DNA of 64,000 nucleotides from an uncultured virus (IMG/VR IMGVR_UViG_3300023109_000020). Taxonomy: Duplodnaviria; Heunggongvirae; Uroviricota; Caudoviricetes. Numbering within the stretch: position 1 is the first letter of the stretch; the number at the start of each line of letters is the position of its first letter. The position numbers and the translations under genes are program-made. Positions 10,076 to 19,397 of this stretch are shown one piece after another. The stretch is taken from the IMG/VR virus record IMGVR_UViG_3300023109_000020; one strand, 5' to 3'. The notes under the pieces are model-generated. The model worked only from the letters and a program-made list of their open reading frames with translations. It made no database searches and was not told the DNA's origin.

Positions 10076-11179
10076 ATTCCACGCCTAAGCTTATACAAAC
10101 CAGAACGCGGTAATGATTACGAATTTCTAGACAAACAAATTCTAGAAATGTTTACTATTGGCGGTACTGACCTACATGTATACAAATACATAGGCACAGA
10201 CGACGGCACAACAGTAAAAGATCATACTCAAATACAAGATGTAATGTTTCTTGAAAATAGAGACAGAACATACGACCCTGATATTTACAGAATGAGGGGC
10301 ATTTATAATGTACAAGATCAAGATTTTGATTTAAGTCAATTTGGATTGTTCTTAAGTAATGATACATTGTTTATGACCATACACATTCGTAGTAGCGTAA
10401 AGACCATTGGCAGGAAAATAATGCCTGGCGATGTATTTGAGTTGCCTCATCTTATTGACGAATATGCAGAGAATGATGCATCAGTTGCTTTAAAAAGATT
10501 TTATGTTGTTGAAGATATTAATCGTGCTGCTGAAGGATTTAGTCACACATGGTATCCACATTTATATCGTTTAAAACTAAAACAAATATACGACGGTCAA
10601 GAATACAAAGAAATTTTAGACTTGCCTGCAAGCGAAGAAGATCCGGGCGGAGACACTCTAAGAGATATTTTATCTACTTACGAAAGAGAGATGCAGCTTA
10701 ATAATGCTGTAATTTCAGAAGCTACTACAGAAGTACAGAAAAGTGGGTATGATGTATCTCATTACTTTTCGTTAACTACTGACGAAGACGGAATCGTAGA
10801 ATTAACAGCAAGCAAAGACACTGACGGTTTATCAGCAATGGCTCCTCCCGATCGGGTTGGATATCAAGGTTATATTATAGGCGATTCATTTACGCCTAAC
10901 GGTGACACATTTGGTTTTGGTGTACAATTTCCAGGTGCTCCAGAAACTAATGATTATTTCTTAAGAACAGATTTTTTACCGAACAGGCTATTTCAATTTA
11001 AAAATAATAAATGGAATAAAGTTTATGATGTAAAACGTGCATTCGTTTACGGTGACGATGATACAAACACACAGCGTGGAAACTTTATTAATAATACTAA
11101 TACTAATATTATTGGCGACGAACAAGTTGCAGAAAAACAGGCATTATCAAAAGCACTTAGACCCAAGGCGGACAACTAA
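10076..11179 (+). CDS. Neck protein (T4 gp14-like) with C-terminal extension; probable ATT start
   Basis: FLENRDRTYD, DFDLSQFGLFL, GDVFELPHL, WYPHLYRLK motifs; AGGAG RBS precedes ATT at 10076. Confidence 0.75.
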   Translation: MPRLSLYKPERGNDYEFLDKQILEMFTIGGTDLHVYKYIGTDDGTTVKDHTQIQDVMFLENRDRTYDPDIYRMRGIYNVQDQDFDLSQFGLFLSNDTLFMTIHIRSSVKTIGRKIMPGDVFELPHLIDEYAENDASVALKRFYVVEDINRAAEGFSHTWYPHLYRLKLKQIYDGQEYKEILDLPASEEDPGGDTLRDILSTYEREMQLNNAVISEATTEVQKSGYDVSHYFSLTTDEDGIVELTASKDTDGLSAMAPPDRVGYQGYIIGDSFTPNGDTFGFGVQFPGAPETNDYFLRTDFLPNRLFQFKNNKWNKVYDVKRAFVYGDDDTNTQRGNFINNTNTNIIGDEQVAEKQALSKALRPKADN

Positions 11180-12612
11180 TGCAACATTTTTATGACGGAC
11201 AAATACGCAGGTATCTTACACAAATAGTAAGACTGTTTGGACAATTTAGTTACAAAGACGGTAAAGGAAGTCTCGTACAAGTTCCGGTAACTTACGGTGA
11301 TTTAACTAGACAAGTTGGTAGTATTTTAAGAGACAACTCGGAAAATAAAATACCAAGTGCTCCGAGAATGGCTATTTATATTACTGGTTTAGAAATGGAT
11401 ACTGCCCGTTTATCAGATTCAAGTTATGTTAATAAAATGAATATAAGAGAGCGTGCATACGATGCAGACGGTAACGAGTATTTAAATAAGGCAGGCAAAA
11501 ATTATACTGTAGAACGTATAATGCCTACACCGTATAAACTAACTGTTAACATAGATATTTGGACAACTAATACAGATCAAAAGCTACAAATACTTGAACA
11601 AATTTTTATGTTGTTTAATCCTAGTTTAGAAATACAAACTACAGACAACTATATCGATTGGACAAGTCTAAGTGTAGTAAATATCGAAAATATTAATTTT
11701 AGTAGTAGAAGTATACCTACTGGCACTGAAAGTGAAATTGATGTTGCGTCATTAACTCTAAATACTCCAATCTTTATTAGTCCTCCTGCTAAAGTTAAAA
11801 AACTAGGTGTAATTACAAAGATTATCACAGCAATGTTTGCCGACAATGGATTAGAAGTTAATATTGACGAAGATGCATATGCACAGAGTTTAGTACAACA
11901 AAAAATTAAAGTCAACAACGAAACTGAGAAAGTTAATAGTCAACCAGATGCATCACTTACTAATGAAAGTGCATTAATTGTTACTAGTTATCAAGATTAT
12001 GATCTAGAAGTCGTTGACGGTATAGCTAGATTAGTTAAAAATGGTGTCGTTGGTAAAGACAAATGGACTGGTTGGTTTATTGCGCAGCCTGAATTATTTG
12101 AACCGGGCATTACACAATTACGATTGCAACGAGCAAATGATTTAGAAATTGTATTTGTTATTGATAGTATAGATACAACAGACGAAACGAGATTAATACT
12201 AAATTCTCCAGACCCAGAAACATTGCCAGCTGATAGCGTAATTACAGGCCCAAGTGGTGATGCAACATATGTAGATTTTATTATAGATCCTACAAGATTC
12301 GATCCAAGAACTACACAAGATTCTTCAAGCAACACTCGACTATTATTATTAGGTAATATCGGTGATGCAGATAACACTGAGGGCGCAGAAGCCTGGAAAA
12401 ATTCCGATAACAGCAATTTTATTGCTAGCGAAAATGATATTATTGAATGGGACGGATTAAACTGGCATATTGTATTTGACGCAAGTAACCAACCTAATGA
12501 GATGTTTGTTACTAATATAAACACACAAACTCAATATAAATGGACAGGCGATTACTGGATACTTTCTTATGAAGGAGAATATCCAAATGGAACATGGCGT
12601 ATAGCATACTAA
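11179..12612 (+). CDS. Tail terminator / sheath stabiliser (T4 gp15-like) with C-terminal extension
   Basis: FYDGQIRRY, VPVTYG, PRM, MPTPYKL..NIDIW, QILEQI..LFNP motifs. Confidence 0.85.
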   Translation: MQHFYDGQIRRYLTQIVRLFGQFSYKDGKGSLVQVPVTYGDLTRQVGSILRDNSENKIPSAPRMAIYITGLEMDTARLSDSSYVNKMNIRERAYDADGNEYLNKAGKNYTVERIMPTPYKLTVNIDIWTTNTDQKLQILEQIFMLFNPSLEIQTTDNYIDWTSLSVVNIENINFSSRSIPTGTESEIDVASLTLNTPIFISPPAKVKKLGVITKIITAMFADNGLEVNIDEDAYAQSLVQQKIKVNNETEKVNSQPDASLTNESALIVTSYQDYDLEVVDGIARLVKNGVVGKDKWTGWFIAQPELFEPGITQLRLQRANDLEIVFVIDSIDTTDETRLILNSPDPETLPADSVITGPSGDATYVDFIIDPTRFDPRTTQDSSSNTRLLLLGNIGDADNTEGAEAWKNSDNSNFIASENDIIEWDGLNWHIVFDASNQPNEMFVTNINTQTQYKWTGDYWILSYEGEYPNGTWRIAY

Positions 12613-12625
12613 GATAATTATTAGT

Positions 12626-13057
12626 ATGAAAGATATTATCTGTAGCGGTGCGTTAGTTTACTCGCTAAAATCTAAAATGTTTTTATTTCTACATCGTGCT
12701 AATGGCAAACGTAATAACGTTTGGGGATTAGTAGGTGGCACTAATGAAGACTGCGAAACTCCTTGGGAAGGATTACGCAGAGAAATTAACGAAGAAGTTG
12801 GACACATTGATATAAAGAAAACTATTCCACTTGAAACATTTATCAGTAATGATAGTAAATTTCAATTCCATACTTATCTATGCGTTGTAGATGAAACTTT
12901 CACTCCTCAGCTCAACGACGAACATAACGGTTTTGCCTGGGTATCTTTCGGTAAATGGCCTAAGCCCTTACATCAAGGCTTACAAAACACCCTCAATAGA
13001 AAAAGTAATATTACCAAACTTAAAACAGTTATTGAGGTGATTAATTTACTTGACTAA
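12626..13057 (+). CDS. NUDIX hydrolase
   Basis: Nudix box GGTNEDCETPWEGLRREINEEVG. Confidence 0.9.
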   Translation: MKDIICSGALVYSLKSKMFLFLHRANGKRNNVWGLVGGTNEDCETPWEGLRREINEEVGHIDIKKTIPLETFISNDSKFQFHTYLCVVDETFTPQLNDEHNGFAWVSFGKWPKPLHQGLQNTLNRKSNITKLKTVIEVINLLD

Positions 13058-13078
13058 TTACAATTAATGTAGTATCAT
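13050..13078 (+). promoter_or_regulatory. Sigma70-type promoter of the hldE operon (leaderless)
   Basis: TTGACT-17 bp-TATCAT; predicted +1 falls on the ATG at 13085. Confidence 0.7.
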
Positions 13079-13084
13079 ATAAAG

Positions 13085-14224
13085 ATGAAAGTATTAGTTC
13101 TCGGCGACATAATAATCGACAAATATATTTACGGTACGAGCACTCGGATAAGTCCTGAGGCTCCTGTTCCGGTAATTACATACAAACGTGAAGTTGAAAC
13201 ACTCGGCGGTGCCGGACTTGTATACGAAAATCTTAAAAGTTTAGATGTAGATGTTAAACTTATTGACTTCTTTGATAAAGCTAGTGTAAAGACTAGAGTA
13301 ATATGTGACGGGCATTATGTTACACGCATTGATGATGATTATATTGCAGATGGTAATGCGTTTCTTACATATATTTTATCACAAGATTTTGACGAGTATG
13401 ATTATGTTATTCTAAGTGACTATAATAAAGGCACACTGGACGAAAGTGTTGAAATTATCAAACATCTAAACATGTTTGGGTGTAAAGTAATTGTAGATCC
13501 TAAAGAACATGCAAATCACTACAAAGGTGCTTGGCTTGTAAAACCCAACCACAAAGAGTTTGGAGACTTTGGATTTACTAACTGGCAAGATAATATCATT
13601 ACAACTAATGCTGGCGCTAATGTAGTTGCTAATATAGAAAATGTAGTATATGATATACCAGTTGACGCTGTAGAAGTAAACGATGTTACAGGCGCTGGAG
13701 ACTGTTTTTTAGCAGCATTTGTATATGGACTTACAAAAGGTTATAATTATAAACATTGTATCGAACTTGCTATTAAGGGTTCTACGGAAGCTGTTACACA
13801 TGTAGGCACATATAAGCTTGCTATAAGCGACTTAGAAGATCGTGTAGTGTTTACTAACGGAGTGTTTGATATACTACACAAGGGTCATTTTGAGCTCTTA
13901 GCAGAAGCAAAAACACTCGGTAAAAAACTAATTGTAGGTGTCAATTCAGATGCAAGCGTTAAACGTCTCAAAGGCGAAACACGCCCTATTAACGATCAAA
14001 TGAAACGCATTAGTCAATTAGAAATATTACCGTGGGTAGACGAAGTAGTTGTATTTGACGAAGATACACCGTACGAATTAATTAAAGAATTAAGGCCGCA
14101 TCTAATTGTAAAAGGCGGTGACTATACAGTAGAAACGGTTGTTGGACACGATTTAGCAGATGTACATTTAGTACCGACAGTTAAAGGGTATTCAACAACA
14201 CAGATTATAGAGGCAAGTAAATGA
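13085..14224 (+). CDS. hldE: Bifunctional heptose-7-phosphate kinase / heptose-1-phosphate adenylyltransferase
   Basis: PfkB kinase domain (RISPEAPVPV, LSDYNKG, DVTGAGD) fused to a nucleotidyltransferase (FTNGVFDILHKGH, NSDASVKRLKG..RP, VKGGDY). Confidence 0.95.
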   Translation: MKVLVLGDIIIDKYIYGTSTRISPEAPVPVITYKREVETLGGAGLVYENLKSLDVDVKLIDFFDKASVKTRVICDGHYVTRIDDDYIADGNAFLTYILSQDFDEYDYVILSDYNKGTLDESVEIIKHLNMFGCKVIVDPKEHANHYKGAWLVKPNHKEFGDFGFTNWQDNIITTNAGANVVANIENVVYDIPVDAVEVNDVTGAGDCFLAAFVYGLTKGYNYKHCIELAIKGSTEAVTHVGTYKLAISDLEDRVVFTNGVFDILHKGHFELLAEAKTLGKKLIVGVNSDASVKRLKGETRPINDQMKRISQLEILPWVDEVVVFDEDTPYELIKELRPHLIVKGGDYTVETVVGHDLADVHLVPTVKGYSTTQIIEASK

Positions 14225-15039
14225 AAATATTAATTACAGGACATAAAGGGTTTATTGGACAAAATCTAACATTGTATTTGCAAAACGAACACGATTTGTT
14301 CGGCTACGAATGGCAGGAAGATAGTTTACCAGAAGTAGAAGGGTTTGATTGGGTTATTCATACAGGTGCTATTAGTAGCACTACTGAAACAGACGTAGAT
14401 AAAGTTATGTTACAAAACTATGAATTTAGTAAATGGCTGTTTAATGAATGTAATTCTAAAGGTGTTAATCTACAATATGCGTCAAGCGCAAGTGTATACG
14501 GAACAAATACAGAGTTTAATGAGGATTCACCTAAGCAACCGCAAAGTCCGTATGCATGGAGCAAATACTTGTTTGATCGATGGGTCTGGGGATTATCTCG
14601 ACATAACATTGTTGTGCAGGGCCTACGTTACTTTAACGTTTACGGACCTTTAGAAGAACATAAAGGCAATCAAGCAAGTCCTATTACTAAATTTACCGAA
14701 CAAGCAACTAAATCTGGTAGAATTAAATTGTTTGAAAATAGCGACAAATACTTGCGAGATTTTGTATTTGTAGGCGATGTATGCGAAGTGCATCAGCAAT
14801 TATTTGAAAATAAAACACCTGGATTATATAATGTAGGGTCTGGTGTAGCAACTAGTTTTAAAGAAGTAGCAGAAACAATTGCTGAAAAACATAATGCTAA
14901 AATTGTAGAAATTCCAATGCCAGAACAATTAAAAAGCCAGTATCAAGAATACACTTGTGCAGATACAAATAAATTAAGTACTGTTACAAATATAAATTTT
15001 ACATCAGTAAAGGAACACGTAAATGAATCAACCAACTAG
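14221..15039 (+). CDS. hldD: ADP-L-glycero-D-manno-heptose-6-epimerase
   Basis: TGHKGFIG, GAISSTTE, YASSASVYG, YAWSK, LRYFNVYGP, YQEYTCAD motifs. Confidence 0.92.
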   Translation: MKILITGHKGFIGQNLTLYLQNEHDLFGYEWQEDSLPEVEGFDWVIHTGAISSTTETDVDKVMLQNYEFSKWLFNECNSKGVNLQYASSASVYGTNTEFNEDSPKQPQSPYAWSKYLFDRWVWGLSRHNIVVQGLRYFNVYGPLEEHKGNQASPITKFTEQATKSGRIKLFENSDKYLRDFVFVGDVCEVHQQLFENKTPGLYNVGSGVATSFKEVAETIAEKHNAKIVEIPMPEQLKSQYQEYTCADTNKLSTVTNINFTSVKEHVNESTN

Positions 15040-15418
15040 GAAAACAGGCGTCGATCAAAAAGGATGGGGGTACGAAATGATTTGGGCAACAAATGACAAG
15101 TACTGTGGTAAAATTATGGCATTTACTAGAGAAGGCGCAACTACAAGTATGCACTTTCACAAAGAAAAAGATGAGACTTGGTTTGTAAATGCAGGTAAAT
15201 TTAAAGTTCGTTATATTGATACATCAAATAGTATGATGTTTGAAAAGGATCTTAAAGAAGGCGATGTATGGCGCAATCCGCCGTTGCAACCTCATCAATT
15301 AGTTTGCTTGTCTAAAGAAGGTAGTGTTACAGAAGTTAGTACACCTGATAGTGTAGAAGATAATTATCGCATCGGTCCAGGTGATAGTCAAATTGCCGAT
15401 AAGCAACAATCAAAATAG
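15023..15418 (+). CDS. Cupin (sugar-phosphate isomerase-like)
   Basis: KGWGYE, SMHFHKEKDETW and PPLQPHQL cupin metal-binding motifs, EVSTPD. Confidence 0.8.
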   Translation: MNQPTRKTGVDQKGWGYEMIWATNDKYCGKIMAFTREGATTSMHFHKEKDETWFVNAGKFKVRYIDTSNSMMFEKDLKEGDVWRNPPLQPHQLVCLSKEGSVTEVSTPDSVEDNYRIGPGDSQIADKQQSK

Positions 15419-15420
15419 TA

Positions 15421-15990
15421 TTATTTTGACGCAGTAGGTAATGATTCAGCAAAGGCCCAAAGGTTATTAAACACTTGGGTCTTTTTCTTGAGAGGACGAT
15501 TTGCAAAAGTATTTAATTTAGTTAACGTTTCGTTTCCGTAACCTGATTTAACAAGAACCGGTGTTGATTTAGTTTTAATTGCACATTTTAGATCTGAGAT
15601 TTTATCTCCTACATAATATCCATTCTTAAATCTCAAGCCTAATTCTTTTTCAGCTTTTTTAAACATTCCTACATTAGGTTTAGCGTATATATCTTCTTTA
15701 AGATTAGTAGTGCTATAGTATAACCCGTTAATAGATCGACAACCAACTTCACCTAGTAATTCCATCATATGATCGTTTACTTCGTCAACTTGTTCAGCCG
15801 TCATAATATTTTTCATAATCCCTGCTTGATTAGTAAGAATTACAACATTGTATCCTTTGTCACGGATCATAGCAACTGCTTCTAAACTTCCTGGAATAGG
15901 TATAAAATCTTTAGGACTAGTTACATATGTACCAATGTCTTTATTGATAGTTCCGTCTCTGTCTAAGCCAATTGTTGTTTGATATATCAT
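15421..15990 (-). CDS. gmhB: D-glycero-D-manno-heptose-1,7-bisphosphate phosphatase (HAD)
   Basis: LDRDGTIN, TNQAGI, KPNVGM, VGDKISD motifs. Confidence 0.9.
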   Translation of the reverse strand: MIYQTTIGLDRDGTINKDIGTYVTSPKDFIPIPGSLEAVAMIRDKGYNVVILTNQAGIMKNIMTAEQVDEVNDHMMELLGEVGCRSINGLYYSTTNLKEDIYAKPNVGMFKKAEKELGLRFKNGYYVGDKISDLKCAIKTKSTPVLVKSGYGNETLTKLNTFANRPLKKKTQVFNNLWAFAESLPTASK

Positions 15991-16002
15991 TACCTATTCC
16001 TT

Positions 16003-16512
16003 CTAGTTCAAACGTTCTCTTAATATTCGTCTTTGTAAAATAAATCTATCAAAGTATTCTGAAGTCATTTTGTTATAATAATTAGTATCTTGTTCTAAAG
16101 ATTTACTTGCATCGTCTATGTCAGTTATTCTCTGAATAAAAACAACTGTGTATAAATCATTAGTTGCTGACAATAACCAAACATCTTTATTTTGCACATT
16201 AAATGCACAATTTAAAGCATCAACTCCTCCGTTAGTAACAAAATAATGCCCGTACAATTCTTTATTTGCTTCTGTAGCAACAACAATAACGTCAATATCA
16301 TCGTTAAGATTATCTGCCTCAACAGTTATTTTTGACCAAAAGTCGATTGGTGCTGCATTTAGCATCTTAACAATTTTTAAACGATTGTTGTCTAATACAG
16401 ACTTAGCATATGGACACTTTTGTCCGTTAGGATCAATATATCGGCTGTTTAAACGATGTATCCAGTTTTCTATCCAAGTTTCTAAATTGTCTAACGAACT
16501 TTTATTATGCAT
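16003..16512 (-). CDS. Hypothetical protein (CPYAK motif, weakly DUF1415-like)
   Basis: 169 aa ORF co-oriented with and between the carbamoyltransferase and gmhB genes. Confidence 0.5.
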   Translation of the reverse strand: MHNKSSLDNLETWIENWIHRLNSRYIDPNGQKCPYAKSVLDNNRLKIVKMLNAAPIDFWSKITVEADNLNDDIDVIVVATEANKELYGHYFVTNGGVDALNCAFNVQNKDVWLLSATNDLYTVVFIQRITDIDDASKSLEQDTNYYNKMTSEYFDRFILQRRILRERLN

Positions 16513-16516
16513 TGAT

Positions 16517-18331
16517 TTACAAATTTTTAACTGTTATTAGTTTTCCATGCTCCGGCAAGTACAAGAATTCTATATCACTACTATACAACGTTCTAACAGC
16601 ATCGTCAAGTGTTTCTACAAGAGGTTCGCCACCTAAATTAAAACTTGTATTAAAGATAATCGGAACGCCAGTTTTCTTATAAAACTCGTTAATTAGATCA
16701 TAATAGTGCGGATTCTGCTCTCTAGTAACAGTTTGAATTCGACACGTACCGTCTACGTGAATAATACTTGGAATCTTTTCTGCTACGCCTTCTTGACAAT
16801 TCATAGCATACATCATATGAGGTGATTCTTCTAATCCGCGCATGTCAAACCATTCGTGTGCGTGTTCTGCAAGAATTGACCCTGCAAACGGACGAAAGTA
16901 TTCTCTACGCTTTACTTGGTTAACAAAGTCTTTACCATTAGGGTCTGTAGGGTCATACATGATACTTCTGTTACCTAATGCACGAGGTCCTGCTTCTGAG
17001 CTACCTTGAAATACTGTTACAATATTCTTATTTGTTATTAAGTTAATAACATCTGCATTAGTTACGTTATCTTGTATTTCGCCTTCATACTTTTCTACTG
17101 CTTCGTTAATTTGAATGTCAGTGTATGTTGTTTTAGGACCTAAATATAATGTGTCGTCCTGATACACTCTTTCCGTTACGCCTTCTAGTGAATAATATCC
17201 TAATAATGCTGCGCCGATCGATGTTCCTGCATCAGAACTAATCGGTTCAACATATAAGTTAATACCGAGGTCTTTAAGCCTTTCGAGGTAAAAATAGTTT
17301 GCTACACAGTTAAGTGCATATCCGCCTGATAACACTACATTTTTATTTCCTGTTGTTTCGACTGCTTTTTCTATTAGTCTAGCAACCTGTTCTTGACTTT
17401 GCGTTTGTACTGCATATGCCATGTCTCGTCTGTTCTGATGTTTAGTAATATCCGATTCTGTAGAATCCATGTCGGTATCTAAATATTCGTATCTACCTTC
17501 GTTAACTAGTGCACCATTAGGATACGTAGGGACAATTATGTTCCTGTCACTAGTTGTCCAGGAGCCACCGTTGCCGTCAGTATATATTGGAGGAATAGAA
17601 TCATTAGGTTTACCGTAAGGAAACAGACCCATAGTCTTACCTGCTTCGATAGGCTGCCATCCGCAGTACTGTGTTACAGCTTCGTACGCTTTTGTAATAC
17701 CCGCAGTATCGTCGAGTACTAATTCGTAAGTACCGTCTTCCATCTCTCTTGCGGCATCTTGATCTGGAATTCTAGCACTTACAAACGGTCCTCGACCTCC
17801 TAAATGTTTGTACACTGTATTGATCTCTGCAGGATATTCGCAGTTAAAAATAGACTCTAATTCCCAAACAGTTTCGTCAACCCCGCCAATATTTAAACTA
17901 ATAAATGTGCCTGCTCCGTCAACAATTACAGAAGTTGCACTATCAAATCCAGAACGATAAAACGCACATGCTGCATGTAACTTGTGATGAACACTACTTA
18001 AATCAACAACTTGTGGATGATTGTAAATATCAGCATTTCGATCAATTAAACCTAATTTTCTAGCAAGGCCAGTATAGACATCGTCACCTGTGAAGTCTAT
18101 GCGGCCAGCTGTTCCTTCTAAAGCCTGTGTATGTGCTATCATTAAATAATCTATTTTATCTGTATAATCGAGAATTTTAATCATAGCAGCGAGCGGGCCA
18201 CCGTCATATTTGTGTCTGCTAATACGCTCTTCTTCTATAGCAAATACAATTTTACCATCTTTAAGGAGACAAACTCCTGAGTTATGTCCTCGTGTAATTG
18301 CTGCGATCCAGCCTGTTTTTTTAGTTTTCAT
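16517..18331 (-). CDS. O-carbamoyltransferase (NodU/CmcH/TobZ family)
   Basis: HNSGVCL, EEERISRHK, HHKLHAACAFY.SGF, VDGAG, LSGGYALNCVAN, E.GPRALGNRS, KRREYFRPFA, HVDGTCRIQTV, NTSFNLGGEP. Confidence 0.95.
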   Translation of the reverse strand: MKTKKTGWIAAITRGHNSGVCLLKDGKIVFAIEEERISRHKYDGGPLAAMIKILDYTDKIDYLMIAHTQALEGTAGRIDFTGDDVYTGLARKLGLIDRNADIYNHPQVVDLSSVHHKLHAACAFYRSGFDSATSVIVDGAGTFISLNIGGVDETVWELESIFNCEYPAEINTVYKHLGGRGPFVSARIPDQDAAREMEDGTYELVLDDTAGITKAYEAVTQYCGWQPIEAGKTMGLFPYGKPNDSIPPIYTDGNGGSWTTSDRNIIVPTYPNGALVNEGRYEYLDTDMDSTESDITKHQNRRDMAYAVQTQSQEQVARLIEKAVETTGNKNVVLSGGYALNCVANYFYLERLKDLGINLYVEPISSDAGTSIGAALLGYYSLEGVTERVYQDDTLYLGPKTTYTDIQINEAVEKYEGEIQDNVTNADVINLITNKNIVTVFQGSSEAGPRALGNRSIMYDPTDPNGKDFVNQVKRREYFRPFAGSILAEHAHEWFDMRGLEESPHMMYAMNCQEGVAEKIPSIIHVDGTCRIQTVTREQNPHYYDLINEFYKKTGVPIIFNTSFNLGGEPLVETLDDAVRTLYSSDIEFLYLPEHGKLITVKNL

Positions 18332-18338
18332 AATAATC

Positions 18339-19316
18339 CTACTTGAGTAATAGTTTAGCTGTAGAAGGCTTTGTAGTTTTATACAAGTTTTTAATTTCTT
18401 CGATCACAAAGTCTTCAATTTCAGGAGTCATGTACATAAGACGTTCATTTGCTCGGTCAACTGATTCGTCTTGTACAATTCGAATTGGCGAATATTGTCT
18501 TCCACCTTCTCCTAAATCAATAACTTTAAATCTGTCAGTTTCCGGATATGATACGTTAATAGGATAAGTTGATCCTAAAATTGAAACTGTAGGAACACCT
18601 AGCGAATGCGATATATGCTGACCTACACTATCGCATCCAAGAAATAAATCTGCTCCAGCAATTATTGCAGCCCAGTCTCTCAACGTTGCTCCTTCAGGCT
18701 GTGCTATATCTTCTTGTAATTCTGTTTGTTTAGTGTCTATCTTTAACTCGCTCATTAATATAACACCCCAATCGTCTTTTTGAAGTTTTTGAATTAAATT
18801 AATAACCGAATCGTGTTCTACACTTCGTCCCGACGGATCAGATAATATGCCGTTTTGGTCGCCGATACCTCTGCCAAAAGGCTGAAAAACAACAGTCTTA
18901 TCTTTTTTAAGTGCTGTCTTAACTTCATTAATAATTTTCTTTCCTGATAATTGCTCTTCTCTCGAGAGCATTAAGCTAGGTAAAGGCAATTCTCTTACTG
19001 ATGCGTTGTTTATTTCAATATCAAATGCTTGGGCAAGGCTGCATTTTTGATTAAAGTACTCCCATACACGGTATGGTTCTGGACTTATTAAGTCCATGTT
19101 TTTTAACTTATCTTGAAAGATATTTTTTTGCCAAGAATCATATGCTTTAGAATCTAGTAAGGGGTGTCCTTTGTAGAATTCGGTGCCGCCTTCACAAACA
19201 ATAATAAAATCTTTATCACCAGATTCTTCTGCGTATTTTTCTAAAGCAGGAATAGAACAGATAACTCTTCCTGCTCCGCCATTCATAAAGAATGCTTTTG
19301 ATCGTGTTGTGCTCAT
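18339..19316 (-). CDS. GT-B glycosyltransferase, GT9 / heptosyltransferase-like
   Basis: GGAGRVICSIP, VVFQPFG, LRDWAAIIAGADLFLGCDSVGQHISHSLGVPTVSILGST (GT9 DSG..H.A.A...P motif). Confidence 0.8.
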   Translation of the reverse strand: MSTTRSKAFFMNGGAGRVICSIPALEKYAEESGDKDFIIVCEGGTEFYKGHPLLDSKAYDSWQKNIFQDKLKNMDLISPEPYRVWEYFNQKCSLAQAFDIEINNASVRELPLPSLMLSREEQLSGKKIINEVKTALKKDKTVVFQPFGRGIGDQNGILSDPSGRSVEHDSVINLIQKLQKDDWGVILMSELKIDTKQTELQEDIAQPEGATLRDWAAIIAGADLFLGCDSVGQHISHSLGVPTVSILGSTYPINVSYPETDRFKVIDLGEGGRQYSPIRIVQDESVDRANERLMYMTPEIEDFVIEEIKNLYKTTKPSTAKLLLK

Positions 19317-19320
19317 TGAT

Positions 19321-19369
19321 AGGTCCTATAAAGTCTAATAGTGTATATTACTAGATATTTATAGGACCT
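19321..19369 (-). promoter_or_regulatory. Late promoter TATAAATA inside an RBS-sequestering hairpin
   Basis: 12 bp perfect inverted repeat AGGTCCTATAAA / TTTATAGGACCT; the upstream arm overlaps TATAAATA (19356-19363) and the downstream arm holds the AGGA RBS of the GT gene. Confidence 0.8.
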
Positions 19370-19397
19370 GTTAAATACAAGTTATCGAAAGTGGTTG

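Noticed and set aside
7897..10098. Longer ORF-track starts for sheath (7941), 8902-9186, gp13 (10098) and gp14 (10052)
   Set aside because: They extend over promoters; RBS positions and family N-termini support starts at 7896, 9147, 10014 and 10076
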